A DNA stretch of 64,000 nt, taken from the NCBI RefSeq assembly GCF_035084215.1, contig NC_090333.1, positions 59,024,001-59,088,000 on the forward strand. The letters are read 5' to 3'. Each line of letters opens with the position of its first letter. Position 1 is the first letter of the stretch. The stretch is from Heptranchias perlo. Lineage: Eukaryota. Both the position numbers and the translations under genes were made by a program. Below the pieces are notes generated by a model. It was not told the DNA's origin. It saw nothing but the letters and a program-made list of their open reading frames with translations, and ran no database searches. Positions 13,990 through 26,161 of this stretch are shown here, in pieces.

Positions 13990-14545
13990 GCCATAGCTTA
14001 ACAGCCCTCTGCATATTAAAATAATTCTCCCAACCTCTCCCTTTGTTCTTTTGATAATCTTAAATTTGTGCCCTCCAGTTATCCACTTACTGACCACAAA
14101 CCAGCAGAAGCAGTTTTTTGCCCCCTATTTACCTCATCAAGACCCTTTATATTTTTTTTAAACACCTCTATCAGATCTCATCCGAGCCTCACCCACACTA
14201 ATGAAAAGTGCCTGTCTCTTCATAAAGAAAGCGTCTCATCCTTGGTATCAGCTTAGTGAATCCCTTCTGTACCCTCTCCACAGCCTTAACATCCGTCCGA
14301 AATTAGGATATCCAAGACTGGACACAATAAACTAACTGAAGCCTAACCAATAATTTGTGTAGGCTTAGCATTACCTCTGCTTTTGCATTTTATGCCCCTA
14401 TTTATGGAACCCAGAATCCCATATATTTTTTTTAAAAAAAAGCTTTACCAACTTGTCCTTCCACTTTTAAAATATTTGTGTATCTTGACCCCCCCCCCCC
14501 CCCCAAGTCTCTGTGCTCTTCTCTTTTTAAAGTTTTTACCACTTA
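13990..14545 (-). mobile_element. Old CR1 3' fragment
   Basis: Similar to 3200-3680 of the large CR1. Confidence 0.7.
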
Positions 14546-14713
14546 GTGAAAATGGAGGACAAAGAGTTTGATCCCCATCTGCAATCAGCTGCTGATCTGA
14601 GAATGAAAATTAGCTGCAGAGTCTGCGAGCAGATAGTCTCTCCACTCAGTCAGGATAAGAGGTACATGGGCCGGAGATGTTTTTTAAAAATGGGGGATTG
14701 GGCGATGTGGAGG

Positions 14714-17700
14714 TTTTTTTTTATTCCTTCATGGGATGTGGGCTTCGCTGGCGAGGCCGGCATTTATTGCCCATCCCTAATTGCCCTTGAGAAGGTGGTG
14801 GTGAGCCGCCTTCTTGAACCGCTGCAGTCCGTGTGGTGACGATTCTCCCACAGTGCTGTTAGGAAGGGAGTTCCAGGATTTTGACCCAGCGACAATGAAG
14901 GAACGGCGATATATTTCCAAGTCGGGATGGTGTGTGACTTGGAGGGGAACGTGCAGGTGGTGTTGTTCCCATGTGCCTGCTGCTCTTGTCCTTCTAGGTG
15001 GTAGAGGTCGCGGGTTTGGGAGGTACTGTCGAAGAAGCCTTGGCGAGTTGCTGCAGTGCATCCTGTGCATGGTACACACTGCAGCCACAGTGCGCCGGTG
15101 GTGAAGGGGATGAATGTTTAGGGTGGTGGATGGGGTGCCAATCAAGCGGGCTGCTTTATCTTGGATGGTGTCGAGCTTCTTGAGTGTTGTTGGAGCTGCA
15201 CTCATCCAAGCAAGTGGAGAGTATTCCATCACACTCCTGACTTGTGCCTTGTAGATGGTGGAAAGGCTTTGGGGAGTCAGGAGGTGAGTCACTCGCCGCA
15301 GAATACCCAGCCTCTGACCTGCTCTCGTAGCCACAGTATTTATATGGCTGGTCCAGTTAAGTTTCTGGTCAATGGTGACCCCCAGGCTGTTGATGGTGGG
15401 GTATTCGGCGATGGTAATGCCGTTGAATGTCAAGGGGAGGTGGTTAGACTTTCTCTTGTTGGAGATGGTCATTGCCTGGCACTTATCTGGCGCGAATGTT
15501 ACTTACCACTTATGAGCCCAAGCCTGGATGTTATCCAGGTCTTGCTGCATGCGGGCTCGGACTGCTTCATTATTTGAGGGGTTGCGAATGGAACTGAACA
15601 CTGTGCAATCATCAGCGAACATCCCCATTTCTGACATTATGGTGGAGGGAAGGTCATTGATGAAGCAGCTGAAGATGGTTGGGCCCAGGACACTGCCTTG
15701 AGGAACTCCTGCAGCAATGTCCAGGGGCTGAGATGATTGGCCTCCAACAACCACTACCATCTTCCTTTGTGCTAGGTATGACTCCAGCCACTGGAGAGTT
15801 TTCCCCGATTCCCATTGACTTCAATTTTACTAGGGCTCCTTGGTGCCACACTCGGTCAAATGCTGCCTTGATGTCAAGGGAAGTCACTCTCACCTCACCT
15901 CTGGAATTCAGCTCTTTTGTCCATGTTTGGACCAAGGCTGTAATGAGGTCTTGGAGCCGAGCGGTCCTGGCGGAACCCAAACTGAGCATCGGTGAGCAGG
16001 TTATTGGTGAGTAAGTGTCTCTTGACAGCACTGTCAATGACACCTTCCATCACTTTGCTGATGATTGAGAGTAGACTGATGGGGCGGTAATTGGCTGGAT
16101 TGGATTTGTCCTGTTTTTTTGTGGACAGGACGTACCTGGGCAATTTTCCACATTGTCGGGTAGATGCCAGTGTTGTAGCTGTACTGGAACAGCTTGGCTA
16201 GAGGCGCAGCTAGTTCTGGAGCACAAGTCTTCAGCACTACAGCTGGGATGTTGTCAGGGCCCATAGCCTTTGCTGTATCCAGTGCACTCAGCCGTTTCTG
16301 GATATCACCTGGAGTGAATCGAATTGGCTGAAGACTGGCTTCTGTGATGGTGGGGATATCGGGACGAGGCCGAGATGGATCATCCACTCGGCCCTTCTGG
16401 CTGAAGATGGTTGCAAACGCTTCAGCCTTGTCTTTTGTACTCACGTGCTGGACTCTGCCATCATTGAGGATGGGGATGTTTGCAGAGCCTCCTCCTCCCG
16501 TTAGTTGTTTAATTGTCCACCACCATTCACGACTGGATGTGGCAGGACTGCAGAGCTTTGATCTGATCCGTTGGTTGTGGAATCGCTTAGCTCTGTCTAT
16601 AGCATGTTGCTTCCGCTGTTTAGCATGCATGTAGTCCGGAGTTGTAGCTTCACCAGGTTGGCACCTCATTTTTAGGTACGCCTGGTGCTGCTCCTGGCAT
16701 GCTCTTCCACACTCCTCATTGAACCAGGGTTGATCCCCTTGCTTGTTGGTAATGGTAGAGTGAGGAATATGCCGGGCCATGAGGTTACAGATTGTGCTGG
16801 AATACAATTCTGCTGCCGGCCCACAGCGCCTCATGGATGCCCAGTTTTGAGCTGCTAGATCTGTTCTGAATCTATCCCCTTTAGCACGGTGGTCGTGCCA
16901 CACAACATGTTGGATGGTGTCCTCAGTGCGAAGATGGGACTTCACTGTGCGGTGGTCACTCCTACCAATACTGTCATGGACAGATGCATTTGCAACAGGT
17001 GGATTGGTGACTACGAGGTCAAGTAAGTTTTTCCCCTCGTGTTGGTTCTCTCACCACCTGCCGCAGGCCCAGTCTGGCAGCTATGTCCTTCAGGACTCGG
17101 CCAGCTCGGTTAGTAGTGGTGCTACCGAGCCACTCTTGGTGGTGGACATTGAAGTCCCCCACCCCGAGAACGTTTTGTGCCCTTGTTACCCTCAGTGCTT
17201 CCTCCAAGTGGTGTTCAACGTGGAGGAGGACTGATTCATCAGCTGAGGGAGGATGGTAGGTGGTAATCAGCAGGAGGTTTCCTTGCCCATGTTTGACCTG
17301 ATGCCATGAGATTTCATGGGGTCCAGAGTCAATGTTGAGGACTCCCAGGGCCACTCCCTCCTGACTGTATATCACTGTACCGCCACCTCTGGTGGGTCTG
17401 TCCTGCCCGTGGGACAGGACATACCCAGGGATGGTGATGGAAGAGTCTGGGACGTTGGCTGAAAGGTATGATTCTGTGAGTATGGCTACGTCAGGCTGTT
17501 GCTTGACTGGTCTGTGGGACAGCTCTCCCAATTTTGGCACAAGTCCCCAGATGTTAGTAAGGAGGCCCTTGCAGGGTCGACTGGGCTTGGTTTGCCGTTG
17601 TCGTGCCTAGTGGTCCGATGCCGGGTGGTCCGTCCGGTTTTATTCTTATGACTTTTCGTAGCGAGATTTTACAACTGAGTGGCTTGCTCGGCCATTTCAG

Positions 17701-18010
17701 AGGGCAATTAAGAATCAACCACATTGCTGTGGGTCTGGAGTCACATATAGGCTGGGTAAGGGTGGCAGGTTTCCTTCCCTAAAGGGCATTAGTGAACCAG
17801 ATGGGTTTTTACGACAATCCGGTAGTTTCATGGCGACCATTACTGATACTAGTATTTTAATTCCAGATTTTTTATTTAATTGAATTTAATTAATTAATTG
17901 AATTTAAATTCACCAGCTGCCGTGGTGGGATTTGAACTCATGACTCCGGATTTTAGTCCGGGCCTCTGGATTACTAGTCCAGTAACATAGCCACTATGCT
18001 ACCGTACCCC
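14714..18010 (-). mobile_element. Apparently full-length ~3.3-kb APE-RT LINE (CR1/L2/Crack-like group), frameshifted, no ORF1, tRNA-like 5' head
   Basis: NIWGL/LTES/GGGT/GDFN endonuclease (17019-17560); KAMGPDN, NYRPISLL, QFGFR, DIKAAFD, GVPQGSVLGP, FADD RT motifs; poly(A) at 14714-14722; tRNA-like segment 17921-18010. Confidence 0.93.
17921..18010 (-). other. tRNA-Thr(AGT)-derived Pol III head of the element (not a functional tRNA gene)
   Basis: A box TAGCATAGTGG, D arm AGCA/TGTT, anticodon arm CTGGA-CTAGTAA-TCCAG, extra hairpin CCGGA/TCCGG, B box GTTCAAATCC; acceptor stem does not pair. Confidence 0.7.
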
Positions 18011-18355
18011 CGTAGCACATTGTCCTTTCACTAAGTTTATATCAAACCTAGATTCACCTTCCTACCAATCGGCAAATAAAAGTCAGCACGCTTGATGAAG
18101 CTCACCCAAATCCTGTAACAAGGCAATAGAGTGGTCAAAACACCTCCATACCACCCTCCCCCTGCGCCCCACCCCCATTTGGCAGGTGAAATTGCTACAA
18201 GTCAGAAAGCCACTGTCATTTTCTGCACTTAGTTAGATTTAGAATACATTAAAAGAAAATTTGATCTAAAATTAAAACCCAAATAGTAGCTCTGGTTGTG
18301 CAGAGAAAAAAAAATACATGCTGTGAAACATTGAAATAAAGGCCATAACAGTGTA

Positions 18356-18396
18356 TTTATTAAATACAATGTGTATTAAAGTAAACACATTTTATT
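18356..18396 (-). terminator. Tandem polyadenylation signals of KEAP1
   Basis: Two AATAAA on the minus strand (18391-18396, 18356-18361) ~830-870 nt after the stop, followed by U/GU-rich sequence. Confidence 0.7.
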
Positions 18397-19224
18397 AAAA
18401 ATACTGTCTTAGAAATTAAGTCAATGATGTTCATTTTGTTACAATGGATTCAATTATTTCTTTTGGACATCTTTACCCAAGTACTAGTGCAAAATAAACT
18501 GGTATGGCACCGGCAAACAGTCGCAGCTAAATTACACACTTCCCCTTCTCAACACAGAGCACAAGAGAAACCAGATGTAGTGGGCAAAACGAGAAAACCT
18601 TTTAAATGGATGTTCGTTCCAGTGCCCATCCCCCAGCTCCTCCTCTAACTCTGTGCAGCTCATGTAATCCGACCTGGATTCTGCAATCACACATGGAACA
18701 GGCAGACTCGCGCTCCAAGTTACTACCATATGCCCATCTATTATGGTTATTTAGTGCATGCTGTTCAAGAAGTGGATAATTATAAATATCAAAGTTAATT
18801 AATTTAGGTAATTAGCATATTGTTACAAGATGCCATCCTCATTAGAACATGGAAATTGTCTTTGGGAATAGGTGATAAACACTAGATTTCAGATTGGTGA
18901 GCAAGACAAGCCCTGCAACACAAACCCACCTGTGAATATCTAACAAGTATTCATTAAGCACTCTAATTGGTCTGGTTGTGCGATTCAGAATTTTCATTCC
19001 TTATCAGTTATTAAATGCCAAATTAAGGGAGTTTATATAATTTTTTTTCTGATTAACGGAAAAATAAGTGCAACAAAAATAAAAACCTGCTCTTATGTGT
19101 TCCGACTGCATAGGTGAAGTTGGGATTTGCGCTAAAGTGCTGGTACAGTCTTTTAAAAAGGTGTCCGCACTGGAAAGTCCAACAGAACTGTTAAGATTGG
19201 AGACTGATCCGGAGATCAGGAACA

Positions 19225-19373
19225 TTAGCACCGAGCCAAGTTGCACGGTTCCATTGTCACAGCCACGCCAACGCCACTCCTGCCTGAGGTCATCTCTGTC
19301 ACTTCTGTCCATTGGCCAGTGTCTGGATCAAAGCATTCCACGCTACTGAGGAAATCTTGTCCATCATAGCCAC
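19225..19373 (-). CDS. KEAP1: KEAP1 last coding exon (Kelch 6 plus C-terminal region)
   Basis: tgtatAG acceptor; [48 protein letters not shown]. Confidence 0.97.
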
Positions 19374-19483
19374 CTATACACAAAAAAATTGTCAGTACAT
19401 GAACCGATGGCATCGTGTGAACTAAACAAATAAATAGTGTCAGCCATGGCTCCTTGGTAGCACTCTGGCCTCAAGTCAGAATA

Positions 19484-19548
19484 TCAATGGTGTTCATTTT
19501 GTTGGAACAGATTCAGTTATTTCTTTACCAAAGTACTAGTGCAAAATA
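19484..19548 (-). repeat. Intronic direct copy of KEAP1 3' UTR segment 18421-18496
   Basis: tcaatg(a/g)tgttcattttgtt...gattca(a/g)ttatttcttt...aagtactagtgcaaaata present at both places. Confidence 0.85.
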
Positions 19549-21214
19549 CAGCTTAGGCATGCCAGGCTAGCGATTCTCAAGTAAGACTGTAGTCATTGAT
19601 CGGGGGTGGTCAGAGTTGTTGATTTTGAATTGTTTTGTGGAAATTCCCTCAAAAGTATGCACATGTGGACTTTGGGTGAAGACAGGATCAGCCTGACACA
19701 CCATCTAGGCTCCTGAATGAAGTATAGCCATTTGGAACTGACCTAACACTGAGAGTGCATCAGCAAAGGAAAAAAAAGTTAGACATTCAAGGTGAACTCT
19801 GAATATTAAACCATGTAAACAAATACTTCCAGTGCAGTTGATCCAAAATTAGTATTAAAACTACACGAACAGTTTTCCTAAAACAACGTGTTACTCTATT
19901 AATTCAAGGATAGAAAGGATTATAAAAACATTTATCATTTTTGCAGAGTAAAATTCACTCAAAATATTTTACTGCAACTCTTGATTGAAGCCCATTAGTG
20001 AAAGTCTTAAGATTAATAGAGGGTTCAATCAAGATCCTATAATCATCATTAACTACATTTCCAAAGGAACTATTCAGTTTATTTTTGGTGAATGTTTTGT
20101 GCTCATCAAGGTAAGTGATGTTAGTGCTGAGGAATGGAGCGCCAACAGTTTGGTCAAATACAGTAAAGATTAGAGGGTAATGCTCCTCCTGCATTGCTGT
20201 GTCCCAAAAATGTACATGAACCCCAACTTAGAGCTCACTGCAGTGTAATTTTCTCCATCTCGAGCTATTCCAAATAGTATGTAGTTCTGGGCTGTGGAAA
20301 CTGGATTTAATAGGACCCTGACAGACATTCCATCCATCTACACTGGATTTACTTCCAGAGGGCATTGATGATCTAGTGCCCCTCAAATACTGCACTTTAA
20401 CGCTTGCAGTGATATGTCTCTATACTGGTTACAGGCAATATATACAGAGCTATATTGACAGCTGCCTGTAGCAGTATGTAATACAGTTCCAAAAATGCAC
20501 AATTGTTTAGTGGAGTGGGTTTTACCATTTAAAGTATTCATCCTGCACATACTGAACATTTTCTGTACAGAGTATCCATGGATATGAAATTAAGAGGGAA
20601 GTTGGATCTTAGATACCGGAAAGGAACAGGTCAAATTAGAATCTGACAAAGAAAAACGTTTAACATTTTGGGTGGGACTCAATCAGAATTTTAATAAAGG
20701 ATCAGACCCAAAACAGTAACTGATTTTTCTCTCTCAAATGCTGATCTACCTGCTGTGGCATCTTTTTATCACCAGATTTTAGAAATACTTGTTCAAAAAT
20801 ACACACCTACTTAAAAAAACATTATGATTGCAATAAAATTCTAATACATGGTACAACAGACCTTTTCTAAATAAAGCCAATTGCACATTTCTGAATACAA
20901 ATTGGGAGAGTACAAAACAGAATACAAAGGACAAGTTTAGAGGCTTATAACCTGCAATTTGACAACAGAAATGCACAGCAGTGAGTAGTTCTTAGCAACA
21001 CTAAGGCAAGACCAATTTTAATTTGAAACAAAAATAAATTCCTTGGTTTTTGTTTCAAGGTTAAATCAGCAAGCCACAAAAAGGTACCAAAAATCTTGCA
21101 GCTTTCCTTGAACCAGATGTAGAGGTTTCAGACTACACAACAGACCATAAATCTTCAAACCATAACAGGATGTCCACTAGAAGCTAGATGTCCAGTTCAG
21201 AAGTCATGGTGTGA

Positions 21215-21252
21215 CCCCCCCTCCCCCTCCCCCCTCCCCCTCCCCCTCCCCC
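21215..21252 (-). repeat. (GGGGGA)n tract, potential G-quadruplex in the KEAP1 pre-mRNA
   Basis: Six C5-7 runs separated by single T on the plus strand. Confidence 0.8.
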
Positions 21253-21669
21253 AGGGACTGTAAGGTGAACCATTAACTAGGGAAAGATTAGTATGAGGTT
21301 TTATTTACAGCAGTATCTTCCAGTCTTGGGACATAGAGTAACTTGAGCTGTGCGCCTCATCTGCAGTCTCTAATACAGCAGACTCCTCCAGAAACAATCA
21401 GATATAATAGAATTTGGAATTTGCAGGTTCACAGCATGTTTGCACTGCCAGTGTATCAACAGATCCGAAGTCAGTAGCCAAGCAGCAATGTAAGTGAAGC
21501 AGTCCTCATGCTGCATAAATGGCTTGCAAGCGGCAGCCATTTTTTTGTTGCCATCAGTGACCTGAGCATATGAAGTGCTGTTACTTGTCCCAAACAGACT
21601 AACGAGGCATTCTTGCTGTTACTGGTGTGTTCAGACCTTTCCCACTCACTGGGGAACGGTACTAGTCCC

Positions 21670-21800
21670 TGGAATTCTGATGAAGGGCTCCACTCCAAAC
21701 ATTAATCTATCTTTGCCTTTTAGGTGGTAACTAAACTGCTGTGCATTTAGAGCATTTTCTATTTTCATTTCATATTTACAGTCGGCACTGTTTTTGTTTA
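21670..21800 (+). mobile_element. Decayed PLE-type terminal repeat (second subfamily) with broken hammerhead core
   Basis: CTGATGAAGG...ccAAAC followed by 'ctgctgtgcattt..agcattttctattttcatttca'; related inverted remnants at ~20630-20780. Confidence 0.45.
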
Positions 21801-22459
21801 TCCCAGTAAAACAGTCAATATCTGATTTTAAAATGGGTGCACATGCTGCTGTAGAAATGGCCCTGCAATATAAACACCAGGAGCAGTTCTGCAATATAAA
21901 TAGGTCTACATCTGACTATAGTTTGTCCGTTGAACTTGCTATGTCTGTGAGCCACAGGCAATGTCAGAAACTTCTGTAACTTTGGCAGATACTCATTTTC
22001 TTTGTTCGTGTGACTCATCTATACAAGTTCCCAGCTGCAATACATTGTTTATTGAGCTGAACATTGCCTCCAGAATTTCAATTGGGCCAAGATTTAGAGT
22101 ATACAGTAAAACTTGGATTTAGCACAGCTCTCCCGATGCCTTAATTCCCGAGTGCACCACTTGGTATGGTACTGAGCTAAACAGACCAGGAATGCTTCCG
22201 GTTCAATTTTTGATCAGTGCTGAGTCAGACAATCTCAGTCGACACACCAGTTGGTGCTATAATTAGCCTCAGCATCCTTGGCAAGGGACTGAGACTGAAA
22301 AGGTCAGCTAAGTTTCATGCTTCTTACTGCTATCCTCAAGAAAGTATACGTGTAGGGACATTAGACAAGAGTAGGATTCAAAGGCATGTAGTCGCCTGAC
22401 ACTGACTCTGTAGACTCACACATGAAGAAACAGCCACCTGGACAAGATACTGGAGGCAT

Positions 22460-25030
22460 CACAAATGAGAGAGATGAATAGGAACAACAAAATTATTGTT
22501 GTGGGAGATTTTAATTATTGGATCAGAAATGAAGTCAATAGAGAAAAGGGAATGGAATTCCTAAAAATGTACACAGGACTCCTTCCTGAAGCAATAAGTT
22601 AGTTATGCTACAAGGGTGGAGGCATTGCTAGATCTGGTTATGAGTAATGAAATAAATCAGGTGAATGAGCTAAATGTGGGTAAGCATCATGGTGACCAAA
22701 ATATAATAAAATTTAAGATCCAACTTGAAAGGGAAAAGGTCAGTACAAAGAACATCAGATTGGATTAGGGCACATTTTAGAAAGATGAGGAATGAGCTAG
22801 TTGAGGCAAAGTGAAAGGAGAAATTGGCACACAGGACTGTAGGGAACCATGGAATTTTTTTTTGAGACTGCAAAAGGTACAGAGTGTTACAAACTGGGTA
22901 GCCAGGTAGTGAAGGATAGAATACTAGAGCCTAGTCTTCAGTTGCTTCCAAGCCTTTATTCAGAGCACCCCATTACACCCACGCTACACCCTAGATCAGC
23001 TCTCTTATAAATGGATGAGAGTTCCCAATTGATACACACCACCTGAATGCAATTAACACTAATTGCCATAAATCACATGGATACAATTAATAGTAACTAT
23101 ATTCCATTAAAAAAGGAAAATACTAGTCATTTTAGATAAATAAAGAGTTTAGAAAACAATTAAAATTGGAGCACATATGAGGGCTGTAAAAATAATAAAT
23201 ACAATTAAAGGGAGAAAAGAGGTTAAGAGTGGCATAAGGAAAGCTAAGAGAGACTATGAGGAAATCTTTTCCAAAAATCATCAAAAGGAATGGTAAGGTA
23301 TTTTGCAAGTACATCAGTAAAAGAGAATTGTTAAAAGCAAGGTGGAATCTGTGAGGAGAGAGTACTCTCAACTTGTAGATGAACAAAAAATGGTGGAGGA
23401 ATTTAAAAGTACTTCACATTGGTCTTTACAAAAAAAAAATATTGGAGAGCAGGTGAACCCTGAAGTGGTTGAGAGTGGAGAGCAGCGATATTATGATGGA
23501 TGAAAGGAAAATTTTAGTTAAGTTAGTCAGGCTAAAGGAAGATAAAGTGACAGGACCTGATGGCCTAGGAGACAAGGGAAGAAATTGACAAAGCCATAGA
23601 AATTATATTACATGGCTCTATGGAGTGTGGACGCTTGCTGGAGGATGCTTGCTGGAGAGTGGCCATTGTCATACCCATTTTTTTAAAAAGGGAGACAGAG
23701 CTAATCTGGGTAATTGCAGGCCAATTAGTTTAACATCTGTGGTAGGGAAAATTAGAGTCTTTAAGGATGAAATTACCATATATCTAGATAGAGAAAATAG
23801 CCAATATGGATTTCCGAAGGGACAGTCATACTTGACAAACCTCAAAATTCCTTGAGGAGGTAACAGACATGGTAGATGGGTGAAATGCAGTGGATGTAGC
23901 GTACATGGACTTTAGAAAAGCCTATAACAAAGTATCACACATGTGATTACTGGAGAAGATTAATGGATATGGAATTGGAAGTAAGAGATATAAAACTGGA
24001 TTAAAAATTGGTTAGAAGGGAGAAAAGAGTAAAAGTTAAGGATAGTTATTTATTTAAAGTAGTTGGAAGTGGGTTGTGGTGTACCACAGGGTTCATTTCT
24101 GGAGCCACTTCTGTTCTCTGTGTGTATCAATGATTTGGATATAGATTTAGAGGAAGTGGTGTCGAAATTTGCAGATGATACCAAAATAGGAAGCACAGTT
24201 AATTCTTTAGAAGTCCAAAGGAAGCTGCAAAGGGATATTGATAAGTTGGGGGAAATAGGCTAAAAAGTGGCAGGTTGAAATCAATATCAGGAAGTGAGAG
24301 GTAATGCATTTTGATTTTTAAAAACTCAGCAGTAATTACATTCTGAATGGAAGCAGACTTGCTGCTGTTGAAGAGCAAAGGGATTTGGGGGTACAGATTC
24401 ATAGGACATTAAAAGGCAGCATCTCATGTTGATAAGGCCATAAAAAAAGCTAATGGAACTCTAGATTTTACCACAAGAGATATGGAATATAAAAGCCAAG
24501 ATGTAATGATTAGCCGACATAAAACCTTAATAAGACCTCAAGAGTAGTGTGTGTAGTTTGGGGCTCCACACTATGGGAAGGATATTGAGGGTTTAAGAGA
24601 GGGTACAACACAGATTCAATAGGATGCTGCCTATTAAGGAAATACAAAAAGTCTTGAAAAATTGGCTCTTCTTTCATTAGAACAATGCAATATGATAAAA
24701 AAAGTTTAAAATTATGAAAGGATGGAACAGGGTAGATAAAAGCAGACTGTTTCCAGTAGTTGAAGGGTCAAGAACAAGGGACCACAGATACAAGATTAAA
24801 TGTAAGAGATTTAAATCAGAGTGCAGGAGAAACTTCTTTACACAGAGCGTTGAGAGGCTGCAGAATTTACTTCCAGGTTAATGGCTGAGGAAAAAACTAT
24901 GTCAGCGTTCAAGATTAGATTGGATAGGTGGAACAGGGTAGGTAAATGTGATTAGGACTATTTACTCGCGTAGAGGGTAAACGCCGACATGGAGTGGTTG
25001 AGCCAAGTGGCCGGTTTCCGCGTTATAACT
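22460..25030 (+). mobile_element. Old decayed CR1 LINE ORF2 in the last KEAP1 intron
   Basis: VVGDFN, GNCRPISLTSVVGK, GVPQGSFLEP and KFADDTK motifs; CR1-type 3' end. Confidence 0.9.
22885..23092 (-). mobile_element. Solo LTR nested in the CR1
   Basis: Reverse-complement homolog of 58487-58698; AATAAA on the minus strand; no clear TSD. Confidence 0.7.
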
Positions 25031-25318
25031 CCTACGTATTTCTATGTATCCGCAGAACCATATACCAGAAAAAGTCAAAGATAGAAGTAAAAAGTCAGTT
25101 TTAGGGAGATGACATACCTGCTGTAACTTCTCAAAGCAAATCTGGGATTTGGACAGCAAGTCCGGTGACATTTAAATATTTATAAACACAAAACACTCAA
25201 ACGGGACATAAACCTCAAGGTACAGGTCTTGGTTTCACTTGGAGCCCACCTGTATGGAGAAGCTGGACCAGGAATGCCCAAGAGTGAGGAAACAAAAAGG
25301 TTTAATGTTGTAACTTAC

Positions 25319-25495
25319 CAAGTACATAGATTTTGCCCTGATAGACAGTTACTCCAAGAGCACTGCGCTTGTGTTTCATTGGCACTATACATGTCCATCT
25401 GTCCATTTCAATGTCATATCGTTCCACACTGTTAAGTTGATTTACACCGTCGTATCCACCGATTGCATAAACACAGTTTTTTAGTGCACAGATAC
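25319..25495 (-). CDS. KEAP1: KEAP1 coding exon 4 (177 nt, Kelch 5)
   Basis: tttAG and GTaagt boundaries; [27 protein letters not shown]...IYVLG; phase consistent. Confidence 0.97.
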
Positions 25496-25876
25496 CTAAA
25501 TAGAAGCACAAAGTCCTTTATCTTCACCTAGTTTGATAATTCTCCCCCCTCCCTATTTTGAAGGCACTGGTTCATGCTGGACTATAGTTTCATGGACACT
25601 GCCAGCCTCTTGTAAGTCATCCATATGACTATGCCTCAGCTAACACGTGTATAAATGAGTGGTGGGCAGGATGTTCAATTGTGGTCGGGAAGCATCACAG
25701 CTGAGCTTGATCCCATCTTCACCAGACATCCACATACATGCACTTATCGATGGATAATTGTGGCTGACTCTTCCCCATGCTTTGGGGCTCTAAGCCCAAT
25801 TATAGTGCTCCTCCCAATGCAACATAAATCAAGTTTAAAACCCAGGATTTAAAAAAAAAATTAATTCAAAAATTTC

Positions 25877-26160
25877 TTGGAGTTACATAGAGTCTACAAA
25901 ACAGGAACAGGCCATTCGGCCCAACTGGTCTATGCCGGCATTTATGCTCCGTACGAGTCTCCTCCCATCCTTCTTCATCCAACGCTATCAGCATATCCTT
26001 CTATTCCTTTCACCTTAGTGTGCTTATCTAGGTTCCCCTCAAATACATCTATGCTAGTTGCCTCAATTACTTCTGGTGGTAGCACGTTCCACATTCTTAG
26101 CACTCTTTGGGTAAAACAAGTTTCTCCTAAATTCCCTAATGGATTTATTAGTGACATTTT
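25877..26160 (-). mobile_element. CR1 3' fragment
   Basis: FTQRVLRMWNVLP motif and CR1 3' UTR; similar short fragments at ~31000-31220(+), 39575-39975(+), 45330-45590(-), 51220-51400(-). Confidence 0.8.
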
Positions 26161-26161
26161 G

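Noticed and set aside
14546-14713. 3' transduction carried by the full-length LINE
   Set aside because: Extra sequence lies between the LINE tail and the CR1 remnant, but I found no second poly(A) and no enclosing TSD.
14814-17610. Plus-strand ORFs recurring at 15 kb, 56 kb and 62-63 kb (e.g. MDGVELLECC..., MNRCSPCG...)
   Set aside because: Antisense shadows of near-identical LINE copies; recurrence reflects copy identity, not selection.
17921-18010. Functional tRNA-Thr gene
   Set aside because: Acceptor and T stems do not pair properly, the variable region is expanded, and it is contiguous with a retroelement.
18340-19224. SECIS element in the KEAP1 3' UTR
   Set aside because: I checked each minus-strand ATGA/GTGA by eye. 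The best candidate (~18958-18997) has only ~7 bp of helix II and poor flanking pairing. Not supportable without SECISearch.
21677-21705. Fourth active hammerhead
   Set aside because: CTGATGA is present but the GAAA core and stem II are broken.
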